Source: Deltaproteobacteria bacterium (GTDB lineage: Bacteria > UBA10199 > JACPAL01 > JAHFST01). Taken from it: a stretch of 64,000 nucleotides of DNA. Shown in pieces: positions 50,227-59,553 of the stretch. The notes beneath the pieces were generated by a model, which had not been told where the DNA came from, did no database searches, and saw only the letters and a program-made list of their open reading frames with translations. The position numbers and the translations under genes are program-made. Position 1 is the stretch's first letter. Each line of letters starts with the position of its first letter. Where the stretch lies: NCBI GenBank assembly GCA_023265625.1, contig JAHFST010000011.1, positions 36,137 through 100,136 on the forward strand. Direction: 5' to 3'.

Positions 50227-50953
50227 AAAGCCTCTTTTGTCACTCATTATTCCGGTGTTTAATGAGTTAAATAATCTTGAAGCTGTCATTAAGAATATCA
50301 TGGCGGTAAATTTTCCAGGAGTTGTGGAGCTTGTGTTAGTTGACGATGCTTCGACGGATGGTAGCGCTGCTTTGGTTCGTACGCTTTCGCAACAACTCTC
50401 TCAGGCTGTTCCTTCAAGCGAATTTATTTTTAAATATCATTTGTGCCCTCAAAATCAGGGCAAAGGGGCTGCGATTCGAATCGGTATTTCGCTCGCTTCA
50501 GGTAAAATAGTTGGTATTAATGACGCTGATTTTGAGTATGATCCACAGGATATTTTGGCGCTTATTGAGCCCATTATGGGTAATCATTCCGATGTGGTTT
50601 ATGGGTCCAGGTTTCAAAAAGGGTCGAGCCAGGTCAAAAGGACGTATCATTATCTCGTCAATAGACTTTTAACGCTTCTTTCAAATCTGTTATCGGGTAT
50701 CTATCTGACCGATATGGAAACATGTTATAAATTTTTCAGGTCGGAAGTTTTACAATCCATGAACTTGATCTCTAACAGGTTTGGCTTCGAAGTTGAGGTC
50801 ACGGCCAAACTTGGAAAGCTAAAACAGCTTAGAATGGAAGAGTTGCCGATTCGTTATTATCCAAGGACTCAATTACAGGGAAAAAAAATAAATTGGAAAG
50901 ATGGTGTGGCGGCACTCTGGCATCTGGCTTACTTTAATTTGTTTGCCTCCTGA
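50210..50953 (+). CDS. GT2 glycosyltransferase (polyprenol-phosphate type)
   Basis: IPVFNE, DDASTDG, DADFEYDP, TDMETCYK, GKKINWKDG. Confidence 0.9.
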   Translation: MNSPSEKPLLSLIIPVFNELNNLEAVIKNIMAVNFPGVVELVLVDDASTDGSAALVRTLSQQLSQAVPSSEFIFKYHLCPQNQGKGAAIRIGISLASGKIVGINDADFEYDPQDILALIEPIMGNHSDVVYGSRFQKGSSQVKRTYHYLVNRLLTLLSNLLSGIYLTDMETCYKFFRSEVLQSMNLISNRFGFEVEVTAKLGKLKQLRMEELPIRYYPRTQLQGKKINWKDGVAALWHLAYFNLFAS

Positions 50954-50954
50954 T

Positions 50955-52565
50955 ATGGTTCATCTCATTTTATTGTTTGGATTGGCCGTTCGTTTCTATC
51001 CTGTTTTTCAGAGTCGATTCGATCAATTAATTTTTGATTTTGGTGATAGTCGTTTTAATTGTTTAATTGTGGAGTGGGTTTACCAGAAAATTTCACATTT
51101 TCAATTCAAGGGAATATGGTCGCCTCCATTCTTTTATCCCACGAAAGATGTTCTTGCCTACAGCGACAATTTGTTTGGGGACGTGCTTTTTTATGCGCCA
51201 TGGAGATTGATTGGGTTCGACCCTTGGTTGGCCTTCCAATGCTGGATAATCTGTTGTTTTACCATGTCTTATTATAGCGCGTATTTTGTCATCAAAAAAC
51301 TTGGTTTTTTGGAACTTGCAGCCCTAATTGGAGCGGTTTTATTTGCATTTTCACTGCCGATCTTAGGGCAGGTTGGGCATAGCCAATTATTGCCGCTTTT
51401 TCCAGTGCCCATCATTTTTTACTGTCTTTACCGATTGGTTGAATCTCCGGAGAAGAAAAAATACGCGGCGATGTTTTTTTTCATGGAAACATGGCAATTT
51501 TACTGCGGAATTTATCTGGGTTTTTTTACCGCACTTATGGCGGTGATATTTTTTGTATCGGCCGTCAAGACTCACAGAAGGCCATTCAATTCATTTTTTA
51601 ACCTCACCAATATTGCCTCATTTGTTATGTTGTTTGGCATTCCAGTGGGACTTCTCCTATTTCCCTACTATCGGTTTCAAACGGAGGTCGGCGGCCGTTC
51701 ATGGAACGAGGTAGTCTCCATGTTGCCAACGATTAGGTCCTATTTATTACCCAATGATGGTTCGATTTACTCTGGCATATTGAGCCAATCATGGACTGTT
51801 TTCCCGATGCGTTATGAGCATTGGATTTTTATTGGAATATTGCCGTCATTGTTTTTTTTATTGGCGCTGAGATGGTCCGTTATGAATTGGAAAAGTTGTG
51901 AGCCAGTCTTCAAAATCAGTTTAATTACCAGTTGTGCCATGACGGTTATAACTTTCAATTTTTGGGGTGTATCGCTCTGGTGGTTTGTCTACAAATTTAT
52001 CCCTGGTTTTGGTGCGATTCGGGCGGTGACTCGGTATCAGTGCGTTAATGTTTTTTTTATCGCCATCGTCATTGTATGTTATCTTCGCTGCACAGGTTTT
52101 TTTCAGAAGAGAATGAGTTTGGTGCTGATCCCGCTTTTTTTTGTCGATTTGTGGGGGACGCCTCCCTACCGCATGACGCATGACGAGTTGATTCAGAGAA
52201 TTGAGAGGATCAAGAAAAATGTGGGGGTTAACGAATTATTTATTGTGAATCCCCACTGGGTAGACAACGATGATCCTCATGCTGTGATTATTGATGCGAT
52301 GTGGGCCGCTATGGAGAAAGGGGCTTACACCGTAAACGGCTATTCGGGTCATGAGAATGAAATCAATTCTATGCTTTTTTTCATGGATCAATTGGTGTGT
52401 CCGCGCCTACATCAATATGTTCAACCGGTTTTGTCGCGGGAACATAAAGAACTAAGTATTTTATATCTAAGTCCCATTAATGAGAACGCGTCGATTCTTA
52501 ATTGCACCGAAAAATTATATGAGCGCGACGGTGTCATCAAGCTCCGTTACAAGGAATCCTCATAA
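50955..52565 (+). CDS. Multi-TM membrane protein, probable GT-C/YfhO-like glycosyltransferase
   Basis: GD...N....EW, FFYP...LAYSD, PG..AIRA..R, VNGYSG. Confidence 0.65.
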   Translation: MVHLILLFGLAVRFYPVFQSRFDQLIFDFGDSRFNCLIVEWVYQKISHFQFKGIWSPPFFYPTKDVLAYSDNLFGDVLFYAPWRLIGFDPWLAFQCWIICCFTMSYYSAYFVIKKLGFLELAALIGAVLFAFSLPILGQVGHSQLLPLFPVPIIFYCLYRLVESPEKKKYAAMFFFMETWQFYCGIYLGFFTALMAVIFFVSAVKTHRRPFNSFFNLTNIASFVMLFGIPVGLLLFPYYRFQTEVGGRSWNEVVSMLPTIRSYLLPNDGSIYSGILSQSWTVFPMRYEHWIFIGILPSLFFLLALRWSVMNWKSCEPVFKISLITSCAMTVITFNFWGVSLWWFVYKFIPGFGAIRAVTRYQCVNVFFIAIVIVCYLRCTGFFQKRMSLVLIPLFFVDLWGTPPYRMTHDELIQRIERIKKNVGVNELFIVNPHWVDNDDPHAVIIDAMWAAMEKGAYTVNGYSGHENEINSMLFFMDQLVCPRLHQYVQPVLSREHKELSILYLSPINENASILNCTEKLYERDGVIKLRYKESS

Positions 52566-54028
52566 TGGTGTTGGTGTATTTGGGACTGTTTTTATTGTGT
52601 CTGATCCTGAGGTTGCCTTCCTTTGCCGTCCCGTTTCTCTCCGATGATGAAGCCGCCTATGCCGCGATGGCGCGCATCTTACAAGCGGGTGGAAAAATCT
52701 ATCGTGATGCTGTTGATCATAAGCCTCCGATGACGGTCTGGTTGTACTCCGGGGTGTTTCAACTTTTTGGGGCTTACAATATGATCGCCATTCACCTCTT
52801 GCTCGTGGTGTGGGTCTATGCGACCGCCTGGGTCTTGGGGGCCGTTGCCGAACACTATGCAGGACGGCGGGCCCGGTGGTGGGCGATGTTGTTCTATCTT
52901 CTTTTCTCCACGACGTTGCGGGATTACGACGCGTTGGCCGCCAACAACGAACTATTGATGAACTTGCCGATTGTGCTTGGCGTCTATGCCTGCATTAAGA
53001 ATCGAGCCTTTTGGTCCGGGCTATTGATCGGTTTTGCCATGACGATTAAGTATCAGGCCATTTTCCCGGGAGCGGCGTTATTTAGTTATTTGATGCTGCG
53101 ACGCGATTGGAAACATGCTGGTTGGCTTCTTACGGGAGGTTTGTGCGCCGGAGCTTTATTGATTGGCGTGTTGCTTGCTCAAGGGGTGTGGCCGGATTTT
53201 CTTTATTGGGGAATAGGGTTTAATACCCACTATATTGGCCAAGGTCTGGGGGCGAGGGAGGCCGCGCTGCGATTGTTGCGGCGATCTTTAGAGGGGATCC
53301 TCCCTGCGTTGTTGGTATGGTTATTAGCGATTTGGTCGGTTGTCAGGGAGGGGAGCTACAAAGGGTTGCTTGGTTTCTGGCTGCTCGCCTCGTTGGCTGC
53401 CATGTTTCTGGGCGGGCGATTTTTTGGTCATTATTTTCTCCAGCCCTTGGCCCCATTGGCGGTTTTGGCGGGACTTGAGATGCCTCGCCTTTGGGAATTG
53501 ACTACGCGCTCTCGTGTCCTGAGAATTTTGCTGCTGATTGGGTTGGTGATACCTGGCGGCATTTTTTTCACGTTGGCAGTCCGGCGTGAGCAACTGTTGC
53601 GCATTGTCAACGAACGGGAACCGGACTATGCGAGTGTGGGAAGGCGTGTTCAGGAGTTGACCCGCCCCACGGACACTATTTTTGTTTGGACCAACTCGCC
53701 CCAAATTTATTACTACGCGCATCGAACCCCCGGGACCCGCTTTACTTTTTGTAATTATCAGACGGGGCAATCGCCGGCGACTCCGGCGGAGGAGGATCCG
53801 GCGGTCGATACGACGCCTTACATGGTGTTACCCGCTTGGGAGATGTTGATGGCTGATTTGGAAACAAATCGTCCCAAGATGTTTGTGGATGCCACCCACG
53901 CCCATTTTGATGATTTTGGCAAAAGCCCCTTGGAAAAATTTCCGCGACTGGCGCAGTGGGTTTGGGATCATTATGACCTGGTCGATCAGGTGAAAGGGGT
54001 TCGACTCTTTCAGCTCAAGGCGTGGTGA
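52565..54028 (+). CDS. ArnT/GT-C-like glycosyltransferase
   Basis: DDEAAY, DHKPP, N.E, HYF.Q. Confidence 0.75.
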   Translation: MVLVYLGLFLLCLILRLPSFAVPFLSDDEAAYAAMARILQAGGKIYRDAVDHKPPMTVWLYSGVFQLFGAYNMIAIHLLLVVWVYATAWVLGAVAEHYAGRRARWWAMLFYLLFSTTLRDYDALAANNELLMNLPIVLGVYACIKNRAFWSGLLIGFAMTIKYQAIFPGAALFSYLMLRRDWKHAGWLLTGGLCAGALLIGVLLAQGVWPDFLYWGIGFNTHYIGQGLGAREAALRLLRRSLEGILPALLVWLLAIWSVVREGSYKGLLGFWLLASLAAMFLGGRFFGHYFLQPLAPLAVLAGLEMPRLWELTTRSRVLRILLLIGLVIPGGIFFTLAVRREQLLRIVNEREPDYASVGRRVQELTRPTDTIFVWTNSPQIYYYAHRTPGTRFTFCNYQTGQSPATPAEEDPAVDTTPYMVLPAWEMLMADLETNRPKMFVDATHAHFDDFGKSPLEKFPRLAQWVWDHYDLVDQVKGVRLFQLKAW

Positions 54029-55097
54029 GCCGGGGTTGAAACAGGAGGACATCCTCTGACACGCGTGAGAGACGACGGGTGGCGTCCTCCCGCTTGATAC
54101 GGGCAGGTTCGCTTTGTCCCAAGGAGTCCAGGGCTTGTGCTTCATCATAGAGGGCATAGGCCGTCCAGCTGTTATTGGGGCCCAAGTTTCGGAAGAGCTC
54201 AAATTGTTTGAGGGCTTGCGAGGCTTGGCCTTGGGCCAATTGGATGACGCCGCGATAAAAGAAGGGGAGGCGGATCTCCGGGGCCTCGCGGTGGATTTTT
54301 TCAAACGTCGCCAGGGCCAATGGCCATTGGGATGATTTTGCAAAAAACATCCCGAGAAAACTCTGCATGATGATATTTTTTGGATACTTTTCCAAAAAAT
54401 GGTGAGCCAGACGAATCCCTTCGGCATTGTCATTTTTCTCCAAGAGGATGGTGGCCTTGGCCAGCATGGCGACAGGGGCCAGGTAGGTGCCATGATCAAT
54501 GACTTCTTGAATCCTCTCCAGTCCCCGCTGGCGCCTGTCCTGATAAAGCCAGAACATGGGAATAAACCGAAACTTAAGGACGGCGACTGTCTTCCAGTAG
54601 TCATAAAGGCCCAATCCCAACAAGGTATCACCCATCTCTTTAAGACGGGGATCCCGCTCTCGAATTCTGGTGATGGCAAAGGCGGCTGAATCGGCCAATT
54701 TGAGGGCCTTGATGAAGTTGTCTTTTCGGGCCTCATGGTAACTTTCCAGGCTGAGGCTGCAAGCGGCGATAAATATTTCTTTGAGAGAGCTATCGTGGCT
54801 ATTGAGGACATCTTTTGAAATTCGGTGATTTTCCGAGGCCAATTTTTCGAAGTGCTGCTGAGAATTCCAATCAAAGTTCTCGTACATCCTAGCTTGGTCA
54901 ATGACCATCAAGCCCAGGCGTCCTGCCGGATTTTTGGGGTATTTTTGGGTGAGTTCTTGAAAGATTTTCTCGGCGTTGCGGTAGTCTCGATTGAGGATGA
55001 GCGCCAAACCTTGGACGGACTTGGCTTCTCCGGATGCTGGCGTTGCAAAACCGAGAGCGGGAAAAAACAATAAAAATAGCGTCAGAAGGTATTTCAT
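54015..55097 (-). CDS. Exported TPR-containing protein
   Basis: Signal peptide MKYLLTLFLLFFPALGFA; TPR-like helices. Confidence 0.75.
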   Translation of the reverse strand: MKYLLTLFLLFFPALGFATPASGEAKSVQGLALILNRDYRNAEKIFQELTQKYPKNPAGRLGLMVIDQARMYENFDWNSQQHFEKLASENHRISKDVLNSHDSSLKEIFIAACSLSLESYHEARKDNFIKALKLADSAAFAITRIRERDPRLKEMGDTLLGLGLYDYWKTVAVLKFRFIPMFWLYQDRRQRGLERIQEVIDHGTYLAPVAMLAKATILLEKNDNAEGIRLAHHFLEKYPKNIIMQSFLGMFFAKSSQWPLALATFEKIHREAPEIRLPFFYRGVIQLAQGQASQALKQFELFRNLGPNNSWTAYALYDEAQALDSLGQSEPARIKREDATRRLSRVSEDVLLFQPRLTTP

Positions 55098-55169
55098 CAA
55101 CAAAAACTCTAACACAGCGCCCCACAAAGGTCATTGCCTTTTGCGGCTATTTTGATTAGAGCTAAAAAC

Positions 55170-55742
55170 ATGCCGTTACAGTTAATTGAAAAGAAAAAGC
55201 GCCGTAATGAACGCCTGGATCAGGCGCGCGACAGCCTCATTGAGAGTGCCGGGAAAATCTCCGCCAACATGCTCGGGATGGTTTCGAAGGTGGGAGGGCA
55301 GATTTATGCGCTCTTGTTTCTCTCTCGTGAGCCCATGTCCTTGGATAAGATTGGCGAGGCCTTAAAAATCTCCAAGGGCAGCTCGAGTGTGAACGTGAGG
55401 CTCTTGGAGGAGGTTGGTTTGGTGAAGAAGGTGTGGGTGAAGGGGGATCGGAAGGATTATTATGAGGTGTCGCGCGATTACCCGCGTAAATTACTCAAGG
55501 GTTTTTTTGATCGGGTCCGGGAAGGCATCGACAATTCACTACGGGTGATCAATCGTTGCCAGGCGGAGTTTGAAGAGGTTCAGAAGGAAATTGAGTCAGA
55601 AGACCTACAGGATGCCCGTTTCATGCTTTCCCAGCTCATGCTATTGAATGCCTTTTATGCCGCGGCCAGCCGTTTGTTTGAAGACTTTTACCAAGGCAGG
55701 AAGATCAATATCGATCTGCTCCGGCAAGTCATCTTGGAGTAA
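55170..55742 (+). CDS. GbsR/MarR-like wHTH transcriptional regulator
   Basis: GQIYALL....PMSLD, ISKG..S..VR.L, GDRKDYY. Confidence 0.85.
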   Translation: MPLQLIEKKKRRNERLDQARDSLIESAGKISANMLGMVSKVGGQIYALLFLSREPMSLDKIGEALKISKGSSSVNVRLLEEVGLVKKVWVKGDRKDYYEVSRDYPRKLLKGFFDRVREGIDNSLRVINRCQAEFEEVQKEIESEDLQDARFMLSQLMLLNAFYAAASRLFEDFYQGRKINIDLLRQVILE

Positions 55743-55745
55743 ATC

Positions 55746-56138
55746 ATGAAAAAGCGTCGTGGGATCTGGTTTGTCTGTTTACTGTTATTTGGCTGTCATG
55801 CCGCTCCTTCCGCGTCAGAACAGGCGGCCCGGAATTTTGTCGATGCCTATTATGTTCAGATCAACCTCCCTCAGGCCTTAAGTTTTTCCGATGGTTTGGC
55901 GGCCAACAAGATTCAAACGAGTGTTGATTTGACGAAGGGTGTGCCTCCCCAGGAGGGTGATTTGAGACCGAAGGTGTCGTTTAAGATGATTAAAAAAGAA
56001 AATGATGATTTGGGGGAACGCTACCTGTTTGAATTGTCCATTAAGCCAAAGAATTTTTCGGAAATTACCCGCCAAACGGTTGTGCGTGTGCGTCAGACCG
56101 AGGCGGGTTGGAAGGTCACGCAGTTTTCTGATACATGA
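55746..56138 (+). CDS. Hypothetical lipoprotein
   Basis: Basic N-terminus and LFGC lipobox. Confidence 0.7.
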   Translation: MKKRRGIWFVCLLLFGCHAAPSASEQAARNFVDAYYVQINLPQALSFSDGLAANKIQTSVDLTKGVPPQEGDLRPKVSFKMIKKENDDLGERYLFELSIKPKNFSEITRQTVVRVRQTEAGWKVTQFSDT

Positions 56139-56983
56139 GCTCTTTTCCCGTTAGCGCTGCGCTTACCAAAAAAAGCGGCTCCAATTTTTTGGCGGCCTTC
56201 TTGTTTCTCGATCCTCGTCAGAAGGAGGCGATGCAAGTGCTTTATGCGTTGAGCCGTGTCTTGGATGATCTCGTCGATGAAGCGCAAGATCCGCAACAGG
56301 CGGCGATAGCCATTGGGGTTTGGCGCCAGAAAATTCACGACCTTTATGGGGGGGCTGAAACATCAGAGGCTATTTTACAAGAATATCAGGTTGTCGCCAG
56401 GTCCTTTGGCCTACGTCAGGAGTATTTGTTGGACTTGGTGGCTGGGATGGAAATGGATCTGGTAAAACATCGTTATGGCAATTTTGTCGAGTTGGAAAAA
56501 TATTGTTATCATGTGGCCGGAACCGTAGGATTGCTTTGCAATCAGATCTTCGGTTTTGATCATGAACGGGCCCGGGCCTATGCCATTGCGTTGGGGACGG
56601 CCTTTCAGTTGACCAACATTATTCGGGATGTGGGTGTTGATGCGGCTAAAGGCAGGATTTACCTGCCTCAGGATGAGTTGAGGCAATTTGCGTATTCCGA
56701 GGAGGAACTGATGTCGGCTCGCGGAGGGGGAAATTTTATCCGATTAATGGAGTTTCAGGCGGAGCGAGCCGAGGGGTATTTTGCGCGTGCCCGTGATTTG
56801 CTGACCGTTGCCGAACATAAAAAACTGGTGACGACCACGGTGATGACGAAGGTGTATCATCAATTATTGAGAAAAATCAGACGACAGCAGTATCCCGTTT
56901 TACAAGGTAAGGTGTCGTTATCTCGATGGGAGAAAATAAAAATCTTGTCGTCAACTTACCTCATGACCAAGTTGGGGAGGTGA
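56135..56983 (+). CDS. hpnD: Presqualene diphosphate synthase HpnD (squalene/phytoene synthase family)
   Basis: SGSNF, DDLVD, GMEMD, YCY.VAG.VG, QLTNIIRDV..D...GRIYLP. Confidence 0.8.
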   Translation: MSSFPVSAALTKKSGSNFLAAFLFLDPRQKEAMQVLYALSRVLDDLVDEAQDPQQAAIAIGVWRQKIHDLYGGAETSEAILQEYQVVARSFGLRQEYLLDLVAGMEMDLVKHRYGNFVELEKYCYHVAGTVGLLCNQIFGFDHERARAYAIALGTAFQLTNIIRDVGVDAAKGRIYLPQDELRQFAYSEEELMSARGGGNFIRLMEFQAERAEGYFARARDLLTVAEHKKLVTTTVMTKVYHQLLRKIRRQQYPVLQGKVSLSRWEKIKILSSTYLMTKLGR

Positions 56984-56986
56984 GTC

Positions 56987-58276
56987 ATTAAAAAGAACGT
57001 CCTTATTGTGGGTGGGGGGATTGCGGGTCTGACCGCCGCGGTGGAACTGACGGCTCGGGGCCATGAGGTGACGCTCTTGGAGGCCAAGGGTCAATTAGGG
57101 GGACGTGCCAGCGATGGCGTTCATTTTCTCTGGGGACATTTCACAGAAACCATCGATCTATTGAAGCGGCTTGAGACGAACGACCAGCTTCAGCAGCAGC
57201 GAAGTTTGCGGTTGGGTTTCATTCTGTCTAACGGCCGTCCGAGTTTTTTTCAAGTGCCGCGGCGAGCGATACCGTTCCCCTTCACGACGGCCGTGTTGCG
57301 ATTTGGCGGTTTGGGTCTGCGCGACAAGTTTCGGATCCTTGCCTTGGGGTATCGTTTGCGTCGTCATCTTGATAATGCCGATCTCGATCAGATGACGGCC
57401 TCCCAATGGTTAACAGGGCAGGGACAACCTGAGTCCTTACAGAAATTTTGGTGGAACAGGCTTTGCCAACTCATGCTTTACGTCCCGTTGGAGGTGTGCT
57501 CGGCGCGGAGTTTTGTTTTTATGTTACGGACTTTGCTTGTTTCTGGCGGACGGACCGGGTTGGTATTTCCGCAGGTTGATCTTTCGGCGCTCATGCTCAA
57601 GCCCGCCGAAGAGTTTATTCGGAGTCGGGGTGGGCATATCTTGTTCAATACCCCCGTGTCGCGTCTGCACTTTCACGGGTGGGAATTTAAGGAGATTGAA
57701 TTAGAGGGGGGACGGAGGCTTGAGGCGGATATCTTGTTGCTGGCACCGCCTGTTCCGGTGTTACGCCGCTTGTTGCCGGAGTCCATTCTTTATCAAGATG
57801 CCTTCTTTGGGGCATTGCGCCATCTCCAATTGACGCCGGTTTTGAACCTGCACCTCTGGTTTGATCGGGATATCACGGATGAGGATCTGATCCTTTTTGA
57901 GAGCGACTCGATGCAACATTTGGTCAATCGAGGCAAATATTCCGCGGTCCCGGGTTATGTGGTCTTGGTTTGGCATGGGGCGCGCGCTGAGATGGCCTTG
58001 CCGGGACCGCAACTCATCACCCGATCGGTTCAGGAGTTACAAAAATTATTGCCGGCCGCTGCCGTGGCACGTTTGAAGCATGCCTCGGTGGTGAAGGATG
58101 TGGATGCGCTCTTGTCATCCCGTGTCGGGGTGAATCGATTTCGTCTTCCCCAAAAAAGCCCTTATCATAATCTCTACTTGGCGGGTGATTGGACGGATAC
58201 TGGGTTCTTTCCGTCGATTGAGAGTGCCGTACGATCCGGTAAAAAAGCGGTTGAATTGATATTAAACGTCAAGTAG
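56987..58276 (+). CDS. hpnE: HpnE-like FAD-dependent amine-oxidoreductase-family protein, probable ATT start
   Basis: VLIVGGGIAGL..A, LE....LGGR, LAGDWTDTG.P.SIESAV.SG; no ATG/GTG/TTG upstream of the Rossmann strand. Confidence 0.7.
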   Translation: MKKNVLIVGGGIAGLTAAVELTARGHEVTLLEAKGQLGGRASDGVHFLWGHFTETIDLLKRLETNDQLQQQRSLRLGFILSNGRPSFFQVPRRAIPFPFTTAVLRFGGLGLRDKFRILALGYRLRRHLDNADLDQMTASQWLTGQGQPESLQKFWWNRLCQLMLYVPLEVCSARSFVFMLRTLLVSGGRTGLVFPQVDLSALMLKPAEEFIRSRGGHILFNTPVSRLHFHGWEFKEIELEGGRRLEADILLLAPPVPVLRRLLPESILYQDAFFGALRHLQLTPVLNLHLWFDRDITDEDLILFESDSMQHLVNRGKYSAVPGYVVLVWHGARAEMALPGPQLITRSVQELQKLLPAAAVARLKHASVVKDVDALLSSRVGVNRFRLPQKSPYHNLYLAGDWTDTGFFPSIESAVRSGKKAVELILNVK

Positions 58277-58286
58277 CACTCATGCT

Positions 58287-58763
58287 ATGAAAGACCCAAT
58301 TCCGATGACCCCTCCGGGGTTGCAAAAATTGAAAGACGAGTTGAAGCTCATCAAGAGTGTCGAGCGTCCCAAAAATATTGAGGACATCGAGCGGGCCCGG
58401 GCCCAGGGGGATCTTTCGGAGAATGCCGAGTATGAGGCGGCGAAGGATCGCCAGGGGTATCTGGCGGCCCGTATGGGACAGCTGGAAGATGCGATTGCCC
58501 GGGCTCAGGTGATTGATCCGACACAGCTCAAGCACGAGAAGGTGGTGTTTGGGGCGACGGTGCGCAGTTCAGATTGCGAGTCGGGAGACGAAGTCACGTA
58601 TCAAATTGTGGGCCCCTTTGAGGCCGATCTCAAAATAGGTCGTATTTCCGTCGAATCTCCCATCGCGCGTTCTTTCATCGGTAAGACAGTTGGCGACATC
58701 GCCAAATTTAGCAGTCCCAAAGGTACCCGGGAATTTGAAATCTTAGAAATTATCTACAAATGA
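58287..58763 (+). CDS. greA: Transcription elongation factor GreA
   Basis: GDLSENAEYEAAK, V.FGATV, IS..SPIAR. Confidence 0.97.
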   Translation: MKDPIPMTPPGLQKLKDELKLIKSVERPKNIEDIERARAQGDLSENAEYEAAKDRQGYLAARMGQLEDAIARAQVIDPTQLKHEKVVFGATVRSSDCESGDEVTYQIVGPFEADLKIGRISVESPIARSFIGKTVGDIAKFSSPKGTREFEILEIIYK

Positions 58764-59452
58764 GTCCCATTCGCGCGATTCATTTTGATTTCGACGGGGT
58801 CTTGGCTGACACCGAGCCGCTCCATTTTCAGATGTTTCAGGAGGTGTTGCAGGGCGAAGGTGTCACGCTCCTCAAAGAGGATTATTATGCCCGTTATTTG
58901 GGACTCGATGATGCCTCCTGTTTCCAACAGGTGTTTACGGATCGAGGCTTGACGTTGGATGTTCCACAGCGTGACCGGCTGATTCAATCAAAAAATCAAA
59001 AGGTTCTTAAGGCGCTGGCCAGTCGCAATTTTCTCATGCCGGGAGTTCCGGAGCTGCTGAAGGTTTTACACGAGAAATATTACCTGACGGTTGTTTCGGG
59101 GGCGCTTAAGAGCGAGGTGAATAAAGCCTTGCAAGGTGGCGGGGTTGAGACCTGCTTTCGTTTGGTGATCGGGGCGGAGGATGTGAAGCAGTGCAAGCCG
59201 GACCCCGAAGGCTATTTATTAGCCCTAAAACTGCTCAACCGCGATCATGTCCCGGCGGCCGATATCTTATTACCCCACGAGTGCGCCATCGTGGAAGATT
59301 CCCCGTGGGGTATCCAGTCGGCTCGGGGAGCGGGGATGCCTTGTATTGGGGTGACGCATTCGTATCCTCGTGACCATCTTAAGGATGCCACCCGCGTGAT
59401 TGATTCTTTGAGTGAAATAACGCCCGATCTATTGGCGGCTCTTTCAACTTGA
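58760..59452 (+). CDS. HAD-family phosphatase
   Basis: FDFDGVLADTE, KPDPE.Y, EDS..G. Confidence 0.9.
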   Translation: MSPIRAIHFDFDGVLADTEPLHFQMFQEVLQGEGVTLLKEDYYARYLGLDDASCFQQVFTDRGLTLDVPQRDRLIQSKNQKVLKALASRNFLMPGVPELLKVLHEKYYLTVVSGALKSEVNKALQGGGVETCFRLVIGAEDVKQCKPDPEGYLLALKLLNRDHVPAADILLPHECAIVEDSPWGIQSARGAGMPCIGVTHSYPRDHLKDATRVIDSLSEITPDLLAALST

Positions 59453-59497
59453 CACCCTGCGTAAAATTCGTTAATCGATTCGAACTTTTACAAGTAA

Positions 59498-59510
59498 AAT
59501 CAATGGTTTA
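59498..59510 (+). promoter_or_regulatory. IHF-consensus site upstream of the radical SAM gene
   Basis: AATCAA-TGGT-TTA matches WATCAA-N4-TTR; TTGACA at 59449. Confidence 0.4.
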
Positions 59511-59553
59511 GAATGTTTAGAACACGCTAAAAGTTAATCAAAAAGGGGGCGCT

